Part shown: piece after piece, positions 56,912 through 64,000 of the stretch
How positions within the stretch are numbered: position 1 is the stretch's first letter
Layout: each line of letters begins with the position of its first letter
Virus record (IMG/VR): IMGVR_UViG_3300014204_000128
Span: 32,001 to 96,000 of that record
DNA: 64,000 nt
Origin: a virus
Lineage: Duplodnaviria; Caudoviricetes
Reading direction: 5' to 3' (one strand)
Translations under genes and position numbers: made by a program
The notes under the pieces: generated by a model
What the model was told of the DNA's origin: nothing
The model's database searches: none
Seen by the model: the letters and a program-made list of their open reading frames with translations, nothing else

Positions 56912-58366
56912 ATGGACTTTTTAGCTTTACAGGCAGACTTTCTAAAGAAAGCTGAACCTATGATGGATAACTACAAGGAGAGAATCAATGTAGTAGCAAG
57001 TGTGGTTGCTGATTTAAAAAACCCACGCATGACTATGAGCGACTTCGATAAAGCGTCTCTGGCTATGATGTATGACAACATTGATAGTACACTACTCAGG
57101 TACAAGAAATTGAAGAACTTAAGTGACCGCACTTTCTCTGAAACAGTTGGTCCATACAAAAAACACGCTTACAATATCATAAGCGCTATGTACACAACTT
57201 TAGAGATTCGTGATATTATCTCTATCCAACCATTGCTCCAAAAAAGAGGTGCAATCTATAAAATGATTTACGAGTTCGCATCGAACAAGGGGTCAATCAG
57301 AGAAGGAGACACTATGTTCTCACCTGACAGCGCAGGTAAACGTTCACGCTATTACTCTAGTCAGATAATTGATGGTGAGCCTGTAGTGTTTACTTTCGAT
57401 ACTACAGACAGTCAAGCTATCCTGGAGTATTTCCCAATTATTAAACCTGAGAAAATAAGTATCGTGGTCACAGGTGGTGCAGCAGCAGGTACATACACAT
57501 ATTTGAATGCTGTGAATGGCATTTACAACTTGCAGAAAGGTTCTGTAGCAACAGCAGTTGGTACTCTTAACCCTATCAATGGTCTGTTAACATTACTCGC
57601 AGTTGACGCAACAGGTGCTACTAGTACAGTAGCAACATATAACTGGAATAGTGAGAAGTTCTCTAATAACTCACAGATACCAAGGGTTACAATTGGTGTA
57701 ACAGAACAAGAGGTAACTGCTGAACGTAGGAACTTGATGATTGATACTATGCTGGATGTGTCTTATGACTTTGAAACCCAGTTTGGTCAAGCATTGAATT
57801 CACAGTTAGAGACTACTGTTATTCAGTACTTACAAAACGAATTCGCATTCAGAATATTAGGTGAAATGTACGATGGTTCGACTGGTAACGGGGGTACTAC
57901 ATTTACATTCAGTACAACACCTGCTTCTGGTATCACATTGCAAGACCATGCTCAGCAACTTTACAAGATGTTGGCTGAAATGTCTTCAAAAATCCGTAAG
58001 AATGTAGGAAGAGGTTGGGGTAACAAGATTGTCTGTGGTGACAATATGTTAAACTTCCTAAAAGTGCTGTCTGCTGACGAGTTCGTTCGTGCTCCAAAAC
58101 CCAAAGGCGATGGACCATACTACGCTGGTAATATCAACGGTGATTATGACGTGTACTACAATCCTGATATACCAGCAACTGGTTTCATGATGTTGTACAA
58201 GGGTGAAACATGGTGGGATGCTGCTTACTACGTTGGTACTTACCTTCCATTAATGAATAGCCAATTCCTACTTTATCCAGACATGCACGGTGAGCAAGGG
58301 TATATTGCAATGGATTCGTTCTCATACGAGTATCCTCAAATGGTCGTTAAAGGAACTATTAGTTAA
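56912..58366 (+). CDS. Major capsid protein (T4 gp23-like)
   Basis: DIISIQPL, VTAERRNL, GWGNKIVC, VYYNP, MMLYKG..DAAYYVGTYLP. Confidence 0.85.
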   Translation: MDFLALQADFLKKAEPMMDNYKERINVVASVVADLKNPRMTMSDFDKASLAMMYDNIDSTLLRYKKLKNLSDRTFSETVGPYKKHAYNIISAMYTTLEIRDIISIQPLLQKRGAIYKMIYEFASNKGSIREGDTMFSPDSAGKRSRYYSSQIIDGEPVVFTFDTTDSQAILEYFPIIKPEKISIVVTGGAAAGTYTYLNAVNGIYNLQKGSVATAVGTLNPINGLLTLLAVDATGATSTVATYNWNSEKFSNNSQIPRVTIGVTEQEVTAERRNLMIDTMLDVSYDFETQFGQALNSQLETTVIQYLQNEFAFRILGEMYDGSTGNGGTTFTFSTTPASGITLQDHAQQLYKMLAEMSSKIRKNVGRGWGNKIVCGDNMLNFLKVLSADEFVRAPKPKGDGPYYAGNINGDYDVYYNPDIPATGFMMLYKGETWWDAAYYVGTYLPLMNSQFLLYPDMHGEQGYIAMDSFSYEYPQMVVKGTIS

Positions 58367-58376
58367 TATTCTAAAG

Positions 58377-58398
58377 GGTCTCGGGTAAAACCGAGACC
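58377..58398 (+). terminator. Hairpin after the capsid gene
   Basis: GGTCTCGG-GTAAAA-CCGAGACC; weak T tail. Confidence 0.6.
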
Positions 58399-58413
58399 TA
58401 TCATTTATATTTT

Positions 58414-59022
58414 ATGACATTAGCTGAATTAAAGGCGGACATACAAGCAAAATTTCATCAAAAGTTTGATGAAACATTGATGTATGATGAGGAACCAACA
58501 ACAATTGACATACTCATTAATACTGCAGTTCGCAAGTGTCTAACAAAGTATGAAAAATTTGAGAGTATTGAAATAAGTGCATCCCAGTATTTGACAAGAG
58601 CTCTTTCTATAATCAAGTGTGTTCCATCTGCAAGTGCTGCTAATTCCAATTATAACAGTGTTTGGTACAGTATGAAATTACCAAATTCACCAACAAGGGT
58701 AAATTATTATTTCACACCATCCGACAAGCATTTCAAATTAGTACCCGAAGGTGAAAGTGTCTGGATCGAATACGTTGTAGATCCAGCAGCAATGACAGTT
58801 CTAGATTTGACAGGGCAGTATTACGAGTGGGTTGTAGATTACGCACTCGCTCTACTCAACATAAAAGAAGGAATGATTGGAACAACGTCTAAGGTAACAG
58901 CTTTACCATTTGAATTTAATTATGAAACAATGGCTAACAATGGTACTCAAAGCAAAAAGGACTTAGAAGATGACTTAAATGACATGTACATGGGTACTTT
59001 AGCAATAAGAACGAATAGATAA
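58414..59022 (+). CDS. Neck/head-completion protein candidate
   Basis: Position after the MCP; WVVDYALAL...FNYETM resembles neck proteins. Confidence 0.5.
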   Translation: MTLAELKADIQAKFHQKFDETLMYDEEPTTIDILINTAVRKCLTKYEKFESIEISASQYLTRALSIIKCVPSASAANSNYNSVWYSMKLPNSPTRVNYYFTPSDKHFKLVPEGESVWIEYVVDPAAMTVLDLTGQYYEWVVDYALALLNIKEGMIGTTSKVTALPFEFNYETMANNGTQSKKDLEDDLNDMYMGTLAIRTNR

Positions 59023-59031
59023 ATTTAATAA

Positions 59032-59952
59032 TTGGTAAAAAATAAAAATATGAATTTAGCAGAGCAAATGCTTAAAAAGCTTAATGATAGTAATTTAAGC
59101 GATCATGTAGTTCCAAATGGGGAATCAATAAACGACAATGCTGGAACTAAGAAACTAGGAAAAGCCATTATGGATAATAATGAAAACGTTGAAGTAGTGG
59201 TTCGTAAGGTCGTTACTAAAGAACAACAAAACGATAATATCTGTATTGAAGCAGAAAATGACATTGTTGAAGTTGGTAACAAGGTGAAAGAAGGGGAAAT
59301 TGTAGCATCCGATGGCATTTACTCATTTGATTCAGAAGAGGGTGAGGTTTCATTCCTTGTAAAAGGAGGTATTATTGCAGCTATTGGTGATGAAGCAATT
59401 AGTGACTTGACCAAAACAGTTGTAAGAAATGGTGTGGTTAGGAAAGTAACTGTCAGAACTGTGAAGAAACGACTGTCATCAGCACAACGACAAGCTTTAG
59501 TAAAAGCACGCAAGAAAGCAAACACAGGTTCAGCTAAGAAGGCTCGCTTGAAGTCATTCATGAAAGGTATGGCAAAGGGTATTTACAAGAAAAAACAGAT
59601 GAACTCTGCTGATCCTTCATACTTTGACATCTCTGGTGTCGACATGAAAGACCTTGGTGATAAACTGTACGAAAGAATTTTCAAAGCTCTCGCTGACCGT
59701 TACGAGTTGACCGAAGAACTCATTACTAAAGTTGAAGAAATGATAGGTGATGAAGTTTGTACCCCAGTTGTAAATGGAAACAAACTCACATTTATTGTTC
59801 CTGTGTGGACTGAAATGAATGATGAATTAGACTTAGAGAAGTTTGACTTAGCCGAGTTAGTTTATGAGCTACAAGGTGAACATGATAGTGATTCTATCAG
59901 TGCTATCCTTTTAGAAGGAGAAATGAGTATTGAAACAAGTCTAGTTATCTAA
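59032..59952 (+). CDS. Prohead-core-like protein
   Basis: Basic segment KRLSSAQRQALVKARKKANTGSAKKARLKS (T4 gp68-like) between acidic domains. Confidence 0.5.
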   Translation: MVKNKNMNLAEQMLKKLNDSNLSDHVVPNGESINDNAGTKKLGKAIMDNNENVEVVVRKVVTKEQQNDNICIEAENDIVEVGNKVKEGEIVASDGIYSFDSEEGEVSFLVKGGIIAAIGDEAISDLTKTVVRNGVVRKVTVRTVKKRLSSAQRQALVKARKKANTGSAKKARLKSFMKGMAKGIYKKKQMNSADPSYFDISGVDMKDLGDKLYERIFKALADRYELTEELITKVEEMIGDEVCTPVVNGNKLTFIVPVWTEMNDELDLEKFDLAELVYELQGEHDSDSISAILLEGEMSIETSLVI

Positions 59953-59962
59953 TAATAACAGG

Positions 59963-60532
59963 ATGGAAAAGTCACGGGTATATGTTGGTAAAATCCATCC
60001 AGCTTTTTTCAAGTACTCAGGCATATTCAAAAAGTTTGATAAATCTGAAAACGAAAAAGGTGAGATAGCTCTACGCTCACCTTTTTTTGTTTTAAGGTAT
60101 GATTTTGAAACAGGGACATTATTATGCGAAGATAGTGACGTTCTTTTTGACTTCGTTAAATTGATTAAAGACAACTATGGGACTAGTGTTACAAGACAAG
60201 AACTTGAAGACAGTATAGAATGGCATACGCTGGGTGATAACTGGTCAATATTAAATATAGGTGTATGTGTGCTTGACGACGATATTTCAGGGTGGGACGG
60301 GTCTCCAAATTCAATATTTATAGATGGAAATGCTCCAGGAAAGATTGTAGACATACACTCCCAGTTTTGGAATAAAAAAGCACTTTACGATGCATGGAAA
60401 CTAAATGGGGATGACATACAGAAACTAGGAGGTAAGGTAACATTGCCTAATTTGCTAGACTCGCTTGTAATCTATAAGGATGATAAAGTGAAACACCAAA
60501 AAATAGAAAAGTTAATAAACTCTATACTTTAA
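59963..60532 (+). CDS. Hypothetical protein (late)
   Basis: 189-aa ORF. Confidence 0.55.
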   Translation: MEKSRVYVGKIHPAFFKYSGIFKKFDKSENEKGEIALRSPFFVLRYDFETGTLLCEDSDVLFDFVKLIKDNYGTSVTRQELEDSIEWHTLGDNWSILNIGVCVLDDDISGWDGSPNSIFIDGNAPGKIVDIHSQFWNKKALYDAWKLNGDDIQKLGGKVTLPNLLDSLVIYKDDKVKHQKIEKLINSIL

Positions 60533-60534
60533 AA

Positions 60535-61002
60535 ATGTCTCTGAATGATGTCATAGTAAGGAACTTGAGGAGGAATACTTTAAGGGAGTTAAAAAGACTA
60601 TCAGGTAGAAAAGAAGCATCACACTGCTTATTCTACCCGGCAACAAATACTCTTACTAATGCTCCTATAGTTAAGAGGAACCTTTATCATGACGTAGTAG
60701 ATGACACAGGGCCAGCAGTCATCACAGGTATTCCAACAGTAACATATATTGATATAATGCCACCCATAAAGGTGGTAAAGGAAGCAGGGTGGTGGAAAGA
60801 AGGAGATACACTGCCTATTGTAGCATACATAGGTTACGAGGGTGGTGTGGTGCCAGAAAAAGGTGCTAAACTAGAAGTGACAGATGCAGGGTACATGAAA
60901 GGAATGTATGTCATTCAAAACGTCAAGATGTACGGGAAGGATTCTCCAATAGTGTACATGTGTACTATAACAGCAGATAGAGATTCAAAAGTAAACGTTT
61001 AG
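60535..61002 (+). CDS. Head-closure protein candidate
   Basis: Beta-rich; position in the neck module. Confidence 0.4.
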   Translation: MSLNDVIVRNLRRNTLRELKRLSGRKEASHCLFYPATNTLTNAPIVKRNLYHDVVDDTGPAVITGIPTVTYIDIMPPIKVVKEAGWWKEGDTLPIVAYIGYEGGVVPEKGAKLEVTDAGYMKGMYVIQNVKMYGKDSPIVYMCTITADRDSKVNV

Positions 61003-61005
61003 GTT

Positions 61006-61281
61006 ATGAAAAATATTTTAGCTAAAAAAGTGATGGACACTCCAGATGTGATGCTAGTTGGAACTCCAGTACAATTACCCAGTGATTTAAAATCTCTGGT
61101 TTCAACAGTGTTTGGTACTAGTGGCAATACTGAAGAAATATCAGGAACATACAGGGTGGAAGTAAAATCTAACGACATAATAGAAGGTGCTACATTAAAG
61201 AAACTGGTGTCAAACCCATCATTTTCTCAAATAAAAGCACAGGGTAAAGGAATGTATTTGATCTGGTTCATTAAAGAATAG
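61006..61281 (+). CDS. Hypothetical protein (late)
   Basis: 91-aa ORF. Confidence 0.55.
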   Translation: MKNILAKKVMDTPDVMLVGTPVQLPSDLKSLVSTVFGTSGNTEEISGTYRVEVKSNDIIEGATLKKLVSNPSFSQIKAQGKGMYLIWFIKE

Positions 61282-61284
61282 GTT

Positions 61285-61809
61285 ATGAGATTGCGTCTCC
61301 AAGTTGATGTAAAACGGGAGTTCGTGATAGACTACCCAACTAAGAACGCACCCGATGACTTCAAGAAGTTTATGGACTCATTCTTGAAATGGCAATGTGG
61401 TCTAATCATAGAAAGAACCAAAGAAGTTGTCAGAAAAAAACTGTATAATTGGCACCCATTGTCTCCTTCATACGTTAAGTTCAAAGAGAAGATGGGGTTA
61501 GACCCAAGAACATGGTTGGCATCAGGCCAAGTTGAAAAAGCAATACATTACTGGTATAGTCCTCTGGCAGACTCATATTTTATAGGTGTACATCCAACAC
61601 TAAGACATAGGAATTACATAAAAGGTGGGTATGACCAAAAAAAGAAAGGTACTCGGATAATTGACATTATAAGGTATCTAGAATTTGGAACAACAAAAAT
61701 GAAACCAAGACCTTTATTTACAAAGGTTCTTGCAGAATTCAAGTCTAAGAAAAGACAAACTGAATTGTACGCACAATTCATACAATTATCAAAAACAGGT
61801 GTATTATGA
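61285..61809 (+). CDS. Tail-completion/neck protein (HK97 gp10-like)
   Basis: WHPLSPSY..K, YLEFGTTKMKPRPLF. Confidence 0.7.
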   Translation: MRLRLQVDVKREFVIDYPTKNAPDDFKKFMDSFLKWQCGLIIERTKEVVRKKLYNWHPLSPSYVKFKEKMGLDPRTWLASGQVEKAIHYWYSPLADSYFIGVHPTLRHRNYIKGGYDQKKKGTRIIDIIRYLEFGTTKMKPRPLFTKVLAEFKSKKRQTELYAQFIQLSKTGVL

Positions 61810-62438
61810 TAGAGTTGACAGATGCAAAAATGGTAGATGAGTTAAGTAGGATATTACAGTTCCCGCTTGACCGAATCATATATGGGCAACTCACAACAGC
61901 TAAGACATACTGGATGCAGTATAGAAAATCTAATAGTACTAAAGACAACGTTATAGAAGAATTGCCTTACATGGCTTTTTACAGGACTATAAAATTCCAT
62001 GAACAGAATAAGAAATCTAGTAGTCTGGAAGTAACTGGGTTTGATGATAAGACAAGTATGCGACATTTCTGCCAATGCATGCTGAATTACACTGTAGAGG
62101 TCATGACTGCAAAAGTAACCCAACAGAATAGTATCATGAAGAGATACATTCTGTGGGCAACTACTGAAGACTGCATACAGTTTAAAGATGACGCTGGAGT
62201 TGATTGGTCATTCAGGGTAATACCTGACGACCCAGAAGACAACTCCGATTTAGAAATGGAAGAAGACTACGGTCGGATAATAAGAACAACACTCAATATA
62301 CAGGTTGAAGGGTTATTAATGGAAACAGGCTCTGATGATATAGTTCCCATATTGGACATACTAGCAAAGATACATTTGTATTATGATGACAAAGAAGAAG
62401 CTATAGAAGCAACTAATATCCAAATAACAGGTAATTAA
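61806..62438 (+). CDS. Tail terminator candidate
   Basis: LPYMAFYR...RTTLNIQVEG; directly before the sheath gene. Confidence 0.5.
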   Translation: MIELTDAKMVDELSRILQFPLDRIIYGQLTTAKTYWMQYRKSNSTKDNVIEELPYMAFYRTIKFHEQNKKSSSLEVTGFDDKTSMRHFCQCMLNYTVEVMTAKVTQQNSIMKRYILWATTEDCIQFKDDAGVDWSFRVIPDDPEDNSDLEMEEDYGRIIRTTLNIQVEGLLMETGSDDIVPILDILAKIHLYYDDKEEAIEATNIQITGN

Positions 62439-62462
62439 AAACTTTTTGATTTTTTATATATT
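62437..62462 (+). promoter_or_regulatory. 26-bp phage promoter motif (tail operon)
   Basis: AAAAACTTTTTGATTTTTTATATATT. Confidence 0.65.
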
Positions 62463-62559
62463 ATCATTAGTTAGAATATAATAGTGATAATGCTACAATC
62501 TACTTAGACATAAATTTAAGTAAAGAAGTAAAATATTACAAATTTTAAAAATAAATAAG

Positions 62560-64000
62560 ATGAGCCCAGGCGTTTTTTATTCGCAGAAAGACCTTAGTCA
62601 GGTAGTCGTAGGAATCGACTCTGATACATTAGCAATTGCAGGAAATGCAAAATGGGGGCCTTCCGATGTACTCACTCCTTTGGGTGGGTTACAACAATAC
62701 GTTCAACTTTTCGGGAAACCAACAGTTCCTGAAGAAACTCCTATTTTTTATCAACTATACTTGTGGTACAAACTAGGTAAGTCTGTATACTATGTAAGAC
62801 CAAGAGGGAATTCTAAGTTCGGGGGGGCAGAAGCTCAGAAGGCTACAGTGTTCGCAGGCATATCAGCAGGTTTAGACTCATTGCCAACATCTCCTACAGG
62901 GACAAACGTTGTTTCACTATATACTAAATATGCAGGAGAACACGACGGGGGTACTGTAAAAATTTGGATATTTAATGTCGATAATACCACAGGTACGTTC
63001 GGGATACGTGTAGGAACAAAACTAGATAGTACAGGTGACGACTTGGACACAGGAAGTGAGTGGTTCGAAGAACACAGGGTCTCAGTAATACGTGGGGCAC
63101 GTGATGGTTTTGGTAGAAGCATGTACATTAAAGATGTACTTGATAGAGATAGTCAATTACTCGCAGGTCGTGCTAAGGCAAGTGCATTAGTTGATGATGT
63201 TCCTGCAGTTAGTTCCGCATTGATAGCATTAGCTCACAACTCATATGAAGTAGCAACAGAATCTGATGTACTAGCAGCTTATGAATTATTTAAACCACTT
63301 GATGCTGTAACGGTTGACTTAATCATTCCTGGAATGTTCACGACGGCAATCTTAAACAAGTGCGCTGAAGTAGGTATCGCAAGGGGTGATGCATTCCACA
63401 TCTTAACTCCATCAGTTGATGAAACATGGGAAGTAGAAGCAATCTCTGGAGCTACTGGCTGGTTGAGTACAATAACAACTAAAGATTGGACAGGGGCTGC
63501 TTACGGTATGTTCTACAAGGTAAAAGATGAGTACAATGATACTGACGTGTATGTACCAGCAGCAGGTTTGATTGCAGGAGCTTACTCATACAATGACGTA
63601 CAAGCTGCACAGTGGTACGCTCCAGCAGGTCCAAAACGTGGTATACAACCAGGTGTTGAACTAGGGTGTGTGTGGGGTACTACAGAAAGAGACACTATGT
63701 ACAGCAGGGGTATTAACTGGGTTAGTAAATCACCACGTTATGGTATCACTATAGAAGGACAGAAAACGCTTTACGGTATAAACTCTGCACTTAACAGGGT
63801 GAATGTCGCACGTTTGATGCTAAAGATGAAGAGGGACTTGATGACATTCCTGCAAGATTTTGTCTACGAGTTCAACAACACAAGGAACAGGACTATGATA
63901 TACAATGGTATAAACAATTACTTGCGAGATATCAAATCACGTGAAGGCTTGTATGACTACCGTGTTGTGTGTGATGAAACTAATAACCCTGCATCTATCA
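62560..64000 (+). CDS. Contractile tail sheath protein (3' partial, not in ORF track)
   Basis: MSPGVFYSQKDLS..AGNAKWGP; WYAPAGPKRG; RDTMYSRGIN; EGQKTL..SALNRVNVARL; VYEFN; VVCDETNNP. Confidence 0.92.
   Translation, partial: MSPGVFYSQKDLSQVVVGIDSDTLAIAGNAKWGPSDVLTPLGGLQQYVQLFGKPTVPEETPIFYQLYLWYKLGKSVYYVRPRGNSKFGGAEAQKATVFAGISAGLDSLPTSPTGTNVVSLYTKYAGEHDGGTVKIWIFNVDNTTGTFGIRVGTKLDSTGDDLDTGSEWFEEHRVSVIRGARDGFGRSMYIKDVLDRDSQLLAGRAKASALVDDVPAVSSALIALAHNSYEVATESDVLAAYELFKPLDAVTVDLIIPGMFTTAILNKCAEVGIARGDAFHILTPSVDETWEVEAISGATGWLSTITTKDWTGAAYGMFYKVKDEYNDTDVYVPAAGLIAGAYSYNDVQAAQWYAPAGPKRGIQPGVELGCVWGTTERDTMYSRGINWVSKSPRYGITIEGQKTLYGINSALNRVNVARLMLKMKRDLMTFLQDFVYEFNNTRNRTMIYNGINNYLRDIKSREGLYDYRVVCDETNNPASI

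Noticed and set aside
1-64000. Minus-strand and nested short ORFs in the supplied track
   Set aside because: They are antisense or alternative-frame shadows of long + strand genes with no recognisable motifs.
1-64000. Genome-wide TAG or TGA stop-codon reassignment
   Set aside because: Conserved genes (terL, portal, MCP, thyA, ligase) are full length in the standard code; recoding TAG would fuse terminase to portal.

Overview
This window is a 64-kb segment of a large, AT-rich, lytic-type myovirus genome with a T4-like head and tail module. Essentially all genes are on the + strand. The host is most likely Bacteroidota, based on TAnnTTTG-type promoters and a DUF4494-like gene. Gene order: (1) end of the tail/fibre genes (1-3.5 kb); (2) ligase-like, sigma-like and SSB genes; (3) a variable early region (11-27 kb) built on repeated promoter modules, with DUF262, a TopoVI-A-like protein, a phosphatase, DNA ligase, a decayed ibrB-like gene and a compositionally distinct SNF2/IbrA/IbrB island; (4) replication, recombination and nucleotide genes, including RecA, a split SbcC, SbcD, a primase TOPRIM, RuvC, MazG, ThyA, DnaX and a second sigma; (5) the late module from terminase to the start of the tail sheath. 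Best leads: (a) a probable post-replicative DNA (hyper)modification system made of two paralogous amino-MTase-fold proteins, one coupled to a PLP enzyme and the other (carrying two inteins) coupled to a Cys-rich YkgJ-like protein, with a shared N[LI]FGNP N-terminus linking the two loci; (b) pervasive [ILVM]-x-D motifs in head proteins, suggesting an Asp-specific maturation protease; (c) a strictly spaced 26-bp phage promoter, one copy of which drives an apparent ~85-nt sRNA; (d) a second structured RNA candidate; (e) a sigma factor fused to an IS1595-like zinc ribbon. All family assignments come from motif recognition by eye; no database searches were run.
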